Shown: positions 24,808-36,239 of the stretch, piece after piece
Layout: each line of letters opens with the position of its first letter
How positions within the stretch are numbered: the first letter of the stretch is position 1
Source: Octopus sinensis
Lineage: Eukaryota
DNA length: 64,000 bases
Direction: 5' to 3'
NCBI RefSeq assembly: GCF_006345805.1
Contig: NC_043011.1
Coordinates: forward strand, 41,490,464-41,554,463
Made by a program: the position numbers and the translations under genes
Notes under the pieces: model-generated
Told to the model about the DNA's origin: nothing
Databases searched by the model: none
What the model saw: only the letters and a program-made list of their open reading frames with translations

Positions 24808-26770
24808 GTGTGTGTGTGTGTGTGTGCGCGCGTGCGTGCGTGCGTGTGATCATAATTTAATGTCCACTTTTCTATTCTTGCATCGGTCAGATTGAATTTT
24901 TTGAAGAAGATTTTCTGTGGCTAGATGTCCTTCCTGTCGCCAACCCTCACCTGTTTCCAGGCAAAGGAATATTCCCCATGTCCAGATAGGTTTCGTTTAT
25001 CGTTTATAATGAGGTGGTGCTTGTTTACAATCATCAAACGATGTCAAGACAAGTAATCACACAAATCTATCTATCTATCTGTCGACACAAACATATAATA
25101 TTTAATAAGTTTGACTCCGCTTCAAACGATTTGTGGGCTTGTAGGATAAATCCATCTCGTCAAGTATCCACATACCTGACGAGATGGGTTCGTCCTGCGC
25201 TCCCGTAACTCAAACCGACAAACTGTTATATGTACTCCTACTATATGTGTTGAGTGCCACTTTCTTTCGCTTGTTTGTCTAAAAAGCCTTGAGTAAAAAA
25301 ACTAACTGCCATAATAGAGTGGGACAGTTATAATTATTTATTTATTATTTATTAATAGTTTCGTGATAGCTAAATTACCAAATGGTTTCATACCAGAGAT
25401 GGAGAACCAGCTTCATCAATCATTAGAAATGGCTGAAAGGAATAGTAGGACGTTTGCTCTTTGCCGTTGGAGGTCTGAAAGCTCTTTGCCATTGGAGGTT
25501 TGAAAAGTTCTTTGAGTTGTAAAAAAGCGAAACGAAATTCATGGAAGAAATCACCCAAATGAAAGCCAAGAAAATAATATTTAATACATGAGAATTATGT
25601 CCCTTGTACTAGAATCAAAACAGGACATCCTGTATGTAAGATAGTTGCTTGTCATGTGCAAGCAGAGGAAGGGGAAGATAGGGAATGAGAGGGCGGCTTA
25701 ATTTTAAAACTTGACCCCCGAAAGAACGAAAGACAAAGCCAAGTATTGCCCCGGTCCGGCCAATTGCTTGTGAGTGAATTTGGTTGACGGAAACTGCGTG
25801 GAAGACAGATAGACAAGCAGGCAGGCAATAAAAGATACTTGATACATTTTACTAGAGCATCACAAATATTAATTTTTAAAAGGAAAAAGTGGCTCTTTTC
25901 TGTTTAACACACACTTTTTGAAATTTTAACATTAAGTGAATATTTTCAGATTTGGAATACTGATGTAATTTTTCATGCTGAATCTGATGTTGTTATTCAC
26001 TTGTTCCAGAAAGATGTTTTGAAAAATGTTACAGAATTTTAAAGTTTGATTTCTTTTTTTATCCAATCAGAAAACAGGATTTGGAGGCTGTCATTTTGCG
26101 CGTGATGACGACATTACGACGACAAAACATTCAACGATGGAAGTTTTAATAAATAAAGTCATGTGAAATGTTGGGACAGGCATGTAAACAAAATAAAGAA
26201 AAAGGAAAAATCCTCAAATTTGTTTTATTTTTTGCGAAAAATAATACACTTTTTGTAGCGAATATTCAAAAATGAAAGTTTGCGATACACTCTAGGAGTT
26301 TATCATACAAATTACAATTTTCGTATCTTCTGCATGACATAAACTCGCAGATATATGAGGCAACCATAGAACAGTGGATTCCATAACATTGTTTATTCCC
26401 TCGTTTTTACAGAGGTCCATGTGCTTTCCACCTGTAGCGTATGGGTACCATTCTTTCGAGTTAATAAACTCAACGCGGTGAGTTCCCCTCGGTTTTCAGT
26501 TTCTCCATTATATTCGAAAGGTTATAAACGAATTAGCTGCGGTTATACTTCTATTTAGGTTGAAAAGGTCGAGGAATGCACACAGCTCTAAATTATGAAA
26601 ATGAGGCGACAGGACAGCAACCGAAAATATTCGATTCTCAAAGCAAAAGGTAAAAAATAAAAACAGGTGAAGCAGACTATACCTTGGCTTGTTACTATGG
26701 AAACAGACACCAATATGTCTGTGGGTTTCGATTGGCTAAAATTACCCCACATTTGCGAACTTTAAAAGCT

Positions 26771-27171
26771 CTTTACTCTTTTACTTGTTTCAGTCATTTG
26801 ACTGCGGCCATGCTGGAGCACCGCCTTTAGTCGAGCAAATCGACCCCAGGACTTATTCTTTGTAAGCCCAGTACTTATTCTATCGGTCTCTTTTGCCGAA
26901 CTGCTAAGTGACGGCGACGTAAACACACCAGCATCGGTTGTCAAGCAATGCTAGGGGAACAAACACAGACACACAAACATATACACACACACATATATAT
27001 ATACATATATACGACAGGCTTCTTTCAGTTTCCGTCTACCAAATCCACTCACAAGGCATTGGTCGGCCCGGGGCTATAGCAGAAGACACTTGCCAAAGAT
27101 GCCACGCAGTGGGACTGAACCCGGAACCATGTGGTTGGTTAGCAAGCTACTTACCACACAGCCACTCCTGC
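26771..27171 (-). mobile_element. Young SINE family A copy
   Basis: Very similar to copies at 49290-49675 and 50945-51345; absent from the duplicated copy at about 27940. Confidence 0.9.
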
Positions 27172-27264
27172 TATTAACTATTAACTTTTTATTTATTAAT
27201 TCTTGGCAAAATGGATTTCATTCCCCAAATTACCACATAAAACCACACCAGTACGCCGAATTTG

Positions 27265-27673
27265 GGATCTTTTCGGTTTGAACGGCAGTTTTTTCTAGCG
27301 GTGTCATATGAAATTGTCACCCATAATTATGACCCTAGTATCGATCTATTGCATTTCAATCTGTTTTAGGGTTAGGTGTGGGGGAAGGGTATCTTTTTTT
27401 TTTCACAAATGTAAATAAACTCAATCTGTTTCTTAAACGAGGGACATATTCATACGGCACATAATGTTTTCACCTCAATAGACGTCATTGAGTGGTTGAA
27501 ATTGCAGAAATTGAAGAAAAAGCAACAAATATCTTACAAACTATAGAATTTTCTCAATAAAGCTAGGAGAAAAAGATGTTTTATAAACACATTCTACCAG
27601 TATACGAAGTTTAAAAGAGTTTAGTTGCGTGGAAATTACTTTAAAAAAACCGCCGTTCAAACCGAAAAGATCC
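27265..27673 (+). mobile_element. Merlin-like MITE, 409 bp
   Basis: ggatcttttcggtttgaacggc...gccgttcaaaccgaaaagatcc. Confidence 0.85.
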
Positions 27674-28193
27674 CTTCATTATATTCGAAAGGTTATAAAC
27701 AAATTAGCTGCGGTTATACTTCTATTTAGGTTGAAAAGGTCGAGGAATGCATACAGCTCAAAATTATGAAAATGAGGTGATAGGACAGCAACCGAAAATA
27801 TTCGATTCTCAAAGCAAAAGGTAAAAATAAAAACAGGTGAAGCAGACTATACCTTGGCTTGTTACTATGGAAACAGACACCAATATGTCTGTGGCTTTCG
27901 ATTGGCTAAAATTACCCCACATTTGCGAACTTTAAAAGCTATTAACTTTTTATTTATTAATTCTCGGCAAAATGGATTTCATTCCCAAAATTACCACACC
28001 GGTAGGCCGAATTCGAAATCAATTGAAACAAAATTAAAGGAATTGAAGAGTGTGTGAGACAAACCGAATAGATCCGGTAAAGTTTATCTCTGACTTGGAA
28101 GTTTCCGTTTGCCCGCTGTCGTCAGACTGAAAGCAGCTTGTAAACGGAAACTTCGAAGTCACAGATAAACTTGCACTTGTTAATGTGTGTATG

Positions 28194-28232
<39 letters not shown>

Positions 28233-28749
28233 GTATGTTATGTATAATGTTTAAGAAAGGTAAGTAAATAAGTTAAATGAGTCAACAGGCATAACCATTC
28301 AACAATTTGTTTCAGTTTGTCCACGTGAACATCTATCAACTTCCCCTTCCCTCTCTTTCTCCCCTCTTCCTACACCCCGTCTATCTTTTTTTTTATACAC
28401 ATTAATAAACACAATTGAAGGTGGGAGACACGAAACAAAAGTGGTGGCGGGCAGAGGTAGACAGCAGCAGTGGGGATGGGTGGGGTGGCGACGACGATGG
28501 CGATAGGGTGGAGGCGGTGTTATGAGTGATGGCGGTGGTGGTGCCAGAGGGCCTTACGTGAGTCTATGTCGAGAGGAAGTTATTTTCTAAAGATTTATGG
28601 ATATCTTCTGGACTGAGTCACATCTTACAAGTAACAGCTGATACAACAATGCCAACAAAAGAACGAAGTCAACTCATATATGAATTTAGATAGATATATT
28701 GGTAGGTATGTAGGTAAGCCGGTAAGTTGTTAGATAGATAGATAGATTT

Positions 28750-28970
28750 CTTTACTACCCACAAGGGGCTAAACACAGAGGGGACAAACAAGGACAGACA
28801 AATGGATGAAGTCGATTATATCGACCCCAATGCGCAACTGGTACTTAATTTATCGACTCCGAGAGGATGAAAGGCTAAGTCGACCTCGGCGGAATTTGAA
28901 CCCAGGACGTAGCGGCAGACGAAATACGGCTACGCATTTCGCCCGGCGTGCTAACGATTCTACCAGCTCG
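28750..28970 (-). mobile_element. SINE family B
   Basis: Reverse complement of gagctggtagaatcgttagcacgccgggcgaaatg...gaggtcgacttagcctttcatcc. Confidence 0.8.
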
Positions 28971-29183
28971 GTTGATATGTAGGTACATAAGTAAATAGTT
29001 TGAAGGAAGTAAGGTACATAGTGAATTAGAAGGTGGGGAGTTAATTTTAGATGGTTAACAGGCAGAGAGATTAGAATTCCGAAATTTTAATTAATGAAAA
29101 TTTGAATTATAAATGCAATGAGGAGATGAAGATATTTCGGGAAATAATATTTACTTAAGAATCAAAACACAAGAGGTAGTTAT

Positions 29184-29601
29184 TGTAACGTGAAAGGATC
29201 TATCATCGAAGCACTGGCAGGGTGTCGAGATCCTTTCTAGTCACATACAATAATTCTTGTAGAAAACAAACAGACGAAACTCAGGTTAAAGGTGAACAGA
29301 CAACATGGTTTATTGATTCATGGTTGTACGTTGTCTGATGGGGGAATAGACAGCCTCTGATATACTGCTGGTGTTGGTCGTTGAGGTTGGTTGAAGTTGG
29401 TTGAAGCTGGTGTGTGGCTGTCAGAGCCAGGAAAACCGTGACCGATCGCAGTGCTGTCTTGAGCCGAAGAGAGAGATTTGAGGTTCGCGGGCTCGAGAGA
29501 TGTTTTCCCGCACATGCGCATGGGGAAGACTTCCGGTGGCCACCCGGAAGTAGTCCCATTCTGCGCATGCGCGCCGAACCCTACACTGTAGCATCACTAC
29601 A
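29184..29601 (-). repeat. 3' LTR (418 bp)
   Basis: Differs from 33807-34223 by two substitutions and one 1-bp indel on manual comparison; AATAAA on the minus strand. Confidence 0.95.
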
Positions 29602-29613
29602 GGGCTCCCCTCC
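29602..29613 (-). promoter_or_regulatory. Polypurine tract
   Basis: GGAGGGGAGCCC directly before the 3' LTR. Confidence 0.85.
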
Positions 29614-29910
29614 GAGTGCGAAGTACGGCAACCAGAATATTGTGGTGGTGCTGCAGAAAACAGAAGGCTTGCCGATCCCCCAGAAGACTTGGTACATACT
29701 ATTATACAATAAGAAACATTTTAAAGTTAAATGTAAATTGTTTTTGAAAGTTTCTTGGGCCAATGCACTGTTCTGCCCGACTTTGTAACATACGGTGTGC
29801 TCGGGGCACCCGTTGACGGCGAGGGTGGTGTTGTAGGAGCCGGTGAAGGTGTTTGTGCAGGTGAAGGCGTTTGTGCAGGTGAAGGCGTTTTTGTGCAGGT
29901 GAAAGTGTTG

Positions 29911-32900
29911 TTAAAGGTGCATAGGTGGGTGTGTCAAGGTTGTCATCAAAAGATGAAGACGTCTCAAAATGTGCCTTTTTAAACGGTCCACGGAAACGGT
30001 CTCCGAACGACCATTTATCTCAATCGTGAAAACCTTTGGTGTGCGAGAAAGCACACGAAAAGGTCCTTTATAGGGAGAAACAAGTGGGCCCCTCACAGAA
30101 TCGTCCCGAACAAAAAACATGCGACCAGGTGTTCATATCCGGTGGAAGATGGGACGGTGGAGATTGCTTTCTGGGAAGCATGGGCGGAAGGTTTGAAAAA
30201 TATTCCCGCAGTCTGGTGACATAGGTCGCCGGATCATGGGGCGGGGAAGTGTCTGGCACCAACATCGTACCGGGCAATGCCAGTGTGGTACCATACAGCA
30301 GCTCTGCAGCAGAAAACCCCAGGTCTGCCTTGACAGCAGTCCGACAGCCGAGAAGCACAATGGGCAGAAATTCGATCCAGGACTGTGGGTCCGAAGAGCA
30401 CGAAGAGCGGCCTTGAGCTGTCTATGGAAGCGCTCAACCAATCCATTAGACGCTGGATGGTAGCTTGTGGTGTGGATATGGTGCATACCCAAAATTCGCG
30501 ACAATTCGCGAAATAGCGAGGCCTCAAACTGTCGTCCACGATCAGTTGTCAATCGGGACGGGACTCCGAAGCGAGAAATCCAGTTTGAAACGAAAGCTCG
30601 CGCAACAGTCTCAGCAGAAATGTCTGCTATCGGAATGGCTTCTGGCCAGCGGGAGAAACGATCGACACAAGTTAATAGATAAGAGAACCCGCGACTCACA
30701 GGCCATGGTCCAACCAGATCGATGTGGACATGGCGAAAACGGGCCTCCGTGGGGGGAAATTGTCCAAGCGGGGCACGAACGTGCCGTTGAATCTTGGATC
30801 GTTGACACTTGGAGCAGGTGCGTGTCCAAGAGGTAATTGTGCGACGCATATTCGGCCAGAAAAACCGAGCAGTGATTAGTTTGAGGGTGGCAGCGATGCC
30901 AGGATGTGATAAGGAGTGCAGTGCTTCAAACACTGAGCGTTGATGGGTCTCAGGCACCAGTGGCCTGGGAGATCCAGTTGAAGTGTCACAAAGAATGGTG
31001 CCTTCGGCTGACGGAAGCGGAAGGTAGGAAAACTGGCAACAGGAGAACTTGGGAGAAGTTAAATCTAACGACGCCAAAGGTGGCTGCTCCTGCGATATGG
31101 CAGCTAAGTCGATAGCAGCAGGAGACGAAAGGGCGCAAACTGGAAGGCGAGAGAGAGCGTCAGCAGGAACGTTCTCTTTTCCAGGTATGTGTCGAATGTT
31201 GCTAGTAAATTGAGAGATAAAATCCAGGTGCCGAAAGCACGGGGTGAGAGTTTGTCCGTTTTTGAAAACAGGGCAAACGTAAGGGGCTTGTGATCCGTAT
31301 AGATCACAAAATCTCGCCCTTCAAGTTGATGCTGGAAATGACGAACCGATAGGTAGATCGCTAGGAGCTCACGATCAAAGGTGCTGTATCGTCGTTCAGC
31401 TGGTTGCAGTTGACGGGAAAAGAAGGCTAGAGGTCGAACATGGTCATCCACTGTGTGTTGTAACACAGCGCCAATCGCAGTGTCCGATGCGTCCACAGTC
31501 AAAGAGAGAGAAGCACCAGGAACTGGATGTGCAAGCAAAGAAACAGAAGCCAGCTCCTTCTTAATGGACTCAAAGGCTGTCACTGCCTCAACAGAGAGGG
31601 TGACTTGACTGTCCTTTCTAGGAGAGTCCTTTAACAGCCTGGTGAGAGGTAGCAGCTTATCTGCACAACCGGGAATGAAGCGTCGTAGAAATTGACCATC
31701 CCTAGATAATGCCTGAGCTGGCGCAAGGAAGTGGGGGGTGCGATGCGTTGAATGGCATCGACTTTTGACGAGAGGGGGCTGATTCCAGTCGAATCAATAT
31801 GATGCCCTAGAAAATCTATGGAAGAGCGTCCGAAAACACACTTGTCGGGGTTTATGTGCGTATGCTATACGCGCGAAGACGCTGGAAGAGTTGAGAAAGG
31901 TGCCGGAGATGATTTTCTCGTGTGTCGCTCGCAATGAGTATGTCATCGACATAGGCAAAACAAAATCAAGACCGCGGACAACCTCATCAATGAAACGCTG
32001 GAAGGTGCTAGTAGCATTCCGCAAACCGAAACTCATGTACAAAAACTCAAAACACCCAAACGGGGTAGTGATTGCAGTTTTTGGAACGTCGGCTGGGTTG
32101 ACCGGTATTTGGTGGTAAGCGCGTATCAGATCGACCTTCGAAAAAATGGTACAACCATGGAGATTTGCTGTAAAGTCCCGGAGATTTCTAATCGGATAGC
32201 GATCGGCTATTGTGACGGCATTGAGGCGTCGATAGTCTCCAACCGGGCGAAAATCAGACTCGCCCTTTCGCGCCAAATGAAGGGGAGATGCCCATGGGCT
32301 GGTGGAGGGGCGTATAATGCCAAGTTGAAGCATGTGCTCAAACTCGGCTCTGGCCGTTTTAAGCCGGTCTGGCGCTAGGCGCCGGGGGCGTGAGAATACA
32401 GGTGGCCCATTGGTGGTGATGAAATGGAGGGTCGAGTGGGTAGGATTTTCCGGTTTAAAGGCAATGTCCACTAGCTCCGGAAATGAAACCAAAAGAGAGT
32501 GAATAGGGTCTCCAGAGGTGGCAACAAAGAATGTCGGGCTAAGGACCGCAGTGGTGGAACTCCCAGTCGGTGTAGAGAGCGACGTCGTGCTATCAAGAAG
32601 CCTCCGACGCCTGACATCCACCAATAGGTTAAACCTATCCAGGAAATCAGCGCCGAGAATAGGATGTGGGATGTCAGCGATGACGAAAACCCATCGAAAA
32701 TCTCGACGAAGGTTGAGGTGAGGCGCAGCGAAATCTGACCGTAAGTGGTTATGGGAGACGAGTCATAGCATGCAAGACAATCGAAGAGCGCTTCGGCTTG
32801 TCTGCAGCCAGACGAAGGGGCCAGATGCTGCAACAGGAGCCGGTGTCTACCATGAAGAATGTCTCCGACACCAGATCCTTTACAAAAACTGCACGATTTT

Positions 32901-32940
32901 TGGGAATGGCGATGGAGAAGGTGACGTGCTCACCTCCTCC
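29911..32940 (-). pseudogene. pol: pol polyprotein (protease, RT, RNase H, integrase with GPY/F), multiply frameshifted
   Basis: VDTGS; ILGADFL; SPWASPLHL, DYRRLN, KTAITTPFG, YVDD; TVDASD..ELLAI..TDHKPL; [31 protein letters not shown]; PYKGPF..VSVDRLK. Confidence 0.92.
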
Positions 32941-32954
32941 GGACTTAGTTTTCC
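32914..32954 (-). promoter_or_regulatory. Putative -1 ribosomal frameshift signal at the gag-pol junction
   Basis: G_GAA_AAC immediately before the gag stop, 7-nt spacer, then an 11-bp stem GGAGGAGGUGA-GCACG-UCACCUUCUCC. Confidence 0.7.
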
Positions 32955-33427
32955 GAGGGCTTGAAAATGCACGGCTGGGTACACCGATCTGCCCTTTTGG
33001 TAGAGCGACTACGACTGCGTTGTCGGCGCTCGATCGCACGGGATAGATCGTCGATTCGCCGCGTGAGCGCATCAATCCGCTCGGCTAGTGAAATTTGCGC
33101 AGGGCCCCCTATACATGCACAGAGGCCTCGCGATGGAGATGGATTCGGAAATTCCAGTATTCCATCGGCCATCGTGGCAATCTGAATATTGCTCTCCCCC
33201 GAACGTGTGTTGCGGCGGAGGATTTCTGCTTTCACAGACGCGTATGTGGCATCCGGGTGGGGACTTATTATTAGATCCCTGATCGATGCGGCGAGTCGGG
33301 GATGTAAGCCGGAATATAGCAGGTGCAACTGCTGCTGTGGAGAAATGGCATGTGCATCAAAATACCACTCCACTTGGGCAAACCACAGGCCCATATCCCC
33401 CGTAAATGAAGGCAAACCTGAAGCCAT
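32945..33427 (-). CDS. gag: Gag, apparently internally deleted (160 aa)
   Basis: LPSF..LWFAQVEWYF..IRDLII..YASVKAEIL; RSRSRS; only the CxxxC half of the Cys/His box remains (RCTQPC). Confidence 0.75.
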   Translation of the reverse strand: MASGLPSFTGDMGLWFAQVEWYFDAHAISPQQQLHLLYSGLHPRLAASIRDLIISPHPDATYASVKAEILRRNTRSGESNIQIATMADGILEFPNPSPSRGLCACIGGPAQISLAERIDALTRRIDDLSRAIERRQRSRSRSTKRADRCTQPCIFKPSEN

Positions 33428-33794
33428 GCCTTTGTCGGAAGGAATCTGTGAGAAGGGGGCAGAAGGTATGGTCTAGAAGTGGAGAGAGAACACGTGGAAC
33501 CGAGAAGGCAATTCAAAATTGTGTTTGTGTGTGCACCTCGTGGGTAGCAAAAAAGGAATAAGTGTGTACAAGGAAAACAAAATACAGAAAAGGAAAAAAA
33601 TGAATGTGTGTGTGTTTTCTTTTTTCTTTGTTTTTTTTTTTTTTTTTGTACTGTGTGCGATGAATAAGGTTATTTGACCCACCTCGCCGTGCTGAAAAGG
33701 AGAAAATAGGAAAATAAATGTGAATTTCCGCGCTCTTCGGCCCCAAAAAAACCTGTTCGCTGTGTCTTTTCTATCCTGTTCTTTTTCTCAACTA

Positions 33795-33804
33795 GGGGTC
33801 ACCA
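33795..33804 (-). promoter_or_regulatory. Primer binding site, tRNA-Trp
   Basis: TGGTGACCCC two nt after the 5' LTR, complementary to the GGGGUCACCA 3' end of eukaryotic tRNA-Trp. Confidence 0.85.
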
Positions 33805-33806
33805 AT

Positions 33807-34223
33807 TGTAACGTGAAAGGATCTATCATCGAAGCACTGGCAGGGTGTCGAGATCCTTTCTAGTCACATACAATAATTCTTGTAGAAAACAAACAGACGA
33901 AATCAGGTTAAAGGTGAACAGACAACTTGGTTTATTGATTCATGGTTGTACGTTGTCTGATGGGGGAATAGACAGCCTCTGATATACTGCTGGTGTTGGT
34001 CGTTGAGGTTGGTTGAAGTTGGTTGAAGCTGGTGTGGGGCTGTCAGAGCCAGGAAAACCGTGACCGATCGCAGTGCTGTCTTGAGCCGAAGAGAGAGATT
34101 TGAGGTTCGCGGGCTCGAGAGATGTTTTCCCGCACATGCGCATGGGGAAGACTTCCGGTGGCCACCCGGAAGTAGTCCCATTCTGCGCATGCGCGCCGAA
34201 CCCTACACTGTAGCATCACTACA
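33807..34223 (-). repeat. 5' LTR (417 bp)
   Basis: tgtaacgtgaaagg...gcatcactaca. Confidence 0.95.
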
Positions 34224-35698
34224 TTATCAACATCAGAAAGCATTTTGTCTTTCGTTCTAACAGTCCCGCCAACCTACTGATCCCGAAAAGAGACAAGGCA
34301 AAGTTGACATAGTCGGGATTTTAACTCGGAGCGCATAGAACGCTGAATATTGGTAAGGTCAGGAAGAATTAGGTCGATTATATCGACCACAGTGTCTAAT
34401 TGGTGCATATTTTATCGACCCCGAAAAGATGAAAGGCAAAGTCGACCTTGGTGGAATTTAAACTCAGATCGTCAAGATCGTCGCTCAATATTAAAAAGCC
34501 TGAATGTTACCAGGTATTTAGTCCAACACAACAACTCTTGTTAATTTTCCCCTTAATTTTAGCAGTCGTTCGCGTTGGAAAAATATGCTTGGCGGTAGTT
34601 GTTCCGGCTTTTTACCTTCTAAGTTCAAATCCAATATGTAAAAAGAACCCACTAGCCAGATGAGACTGGTGTCTGGTTCAGCCTCCCGGCTTGCCAGTCC
34701 TCAAGCAAACCGTCCAACCCATGCCAGAATGGAAAGCGGACGTTAAACGACAACGATGTGCTTCTATTAAAAAAACTAACGCTCTTGTGATATACAGGAC
34801 ATATTTCTCTGGAAGCCATGCATCAAATATGAAACGCATTCCCAATTTTTTCAACAACTAATGTTATGAAAGGAAGCTTTAAGTAATTCAAAACGCAAGA
34901 AACAAGAGCCAACTAGAAGTCTGAAAACAAGCAAAAACTTTTAGGACAAACACATAAAAGTGCTTTGGACAGGTAAAGAGTTAAAGTAGTATGGGGTGTG
35001 ATTTGAGGGGGAACTTGCTGCTGTTTCTAGGTGACTGATCGATCGATCGCTCGCTTCGATTGTCAAAAGGTGTTACCTGCTCATGCTGCAAGAATGTTTC
35101 CTCGGTATGCGTGTTGTGACTCAACAAAATCTGCAGAAAACGAAATTTGTCATGAATCATAGAAAATACTTTGTAAACCCATCAACAGCTGGGTAGAAAT
35201 ATTCCGCGACCATCTACACACATGATTAGATAAATACAAAATACTTGAACAAAGATATCAATGTATGCAAGCCATTATTTGATGTCTGTATACACACATA
35301 CACACACACATGTGTATATATAGGCACACACAGACCTTATTTGCATCACCTGTGCGTATAGACAGAAACGAAAATAGAGAGACTCAGGTACAGTCCTGCA
35401 GTTAACAAGTTCGCTTCGTAACCACTTGGTCCCAAGTCCAATTTTACTGCCTGACACAATAGACACACGTATTTCTTTTATTTTTTCGTTTATTAGTTTC
35501 AGTTCGAGAGCTGCGGACATGCTGAAGCACCGCTGTTAGCTTTGCTACACTTTCACTAAATGAAACCTGAAACTTCGTTATATATGTATATATATATATA
35601 TATATATAAAGTTAATCCAAACAAGAAAACACAACAACGCGAGGACGTGGAACAAATAAAGTATTATTGGACGCTCAGGAAAGAAGGGAAGAAGGAGG

Positions 35699-35733
35699 GT
35701 CTAACGTTTCGAGCGGAGCTCTTTGTCGGAAAC
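35699..35733 (-). ncRNA. Minimal hammerhead motif with mutated core
   Basis: gttt CCGACAA a gagc tcc gctc GAAA cg TT agac; same family as 15347. Confidence 0.5.
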
Positions 35734-35790
35734 ATAGAAGGAAAGATCCCGAGAAAGGAGGACAGAGGAATATATATATATATATATATG

Positions 35791-36069
35791 TGGAGGCGCA
35801 ATCGCCTAGTGGTTAGGGCAGCGGACTCGCGGTTTCGATTCCCAGACCGGGCGTTGTGAGTGTTTATTGAGCGAAAACACCTAAAAGCTCCACGAGGTTC
35901 CAGCAGGGGGTGGTGATCCCTGCTGTACTCTTTCACCACTCTTTCTTCCGTTGGCCTGCTCGCTTAGCCTGCGGGGTGGCGTCATTCGAAGGCTAAAGCA
36001 ATGCGAAAGCATTGAGACCAGCGATGTGTAACTACATCTGATGGACTGGTCGGTCACGTGATGGTGATG

Positions 36070-36072
<3 letters not shown>
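35791..36072 (+). mobile_element. tRNA-derived SINE family D (also 54200-54380, minus strand)
   Basis: ggaggcgcaatcgcctagtggttagggcagcggactcgcgg..ttcgattccc head with A and B boxes. Confidence 0.7.
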
Positions 36073-36103
<31 letters not shown>

Positions 36104-36239
36104 CGAAGGTAAAGAATACATACACCCGGTGGTTAGAGTTAGGATTAGGGTTAGAGTTTTTGTTACGCCGAAAACCGGTGGTGTACTTATTTACTTCTGC
36201 ATATATATATGTGTGTGTGTTTGTGTGTATTTTTTCCGT

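Larger units (their letters stand above)
26503..28015 (+). repeat. About 340-bp direct duplication (26503-27264 and 27674-28015) flanking a MITE
   Basis: cattatattcgaaaggttataaac...ccacaccagtacgccgaatt occurs twice; only the first copy carries a SINE. Confidence 0.85.
29184..34223 (-). mobile_element. Full-length Ty3/Gypsy LTR retrotransposon, CsRn1/Kabuki-type
   Basis: TG...CA LTRs, 4-bp TSD TTAT (29180-83, 34224-27), PBS, PPT, domain order gag-PR-RT-RH-IN. Confidence 0.95.

Noticed and set aside
29281-29788. ORFs within the LTRs and antisense to pol
   Set aside because: By-products of GC-rich LTR and pol sequence, with no recognisable motifs and no env-like hydrophobic ORF.
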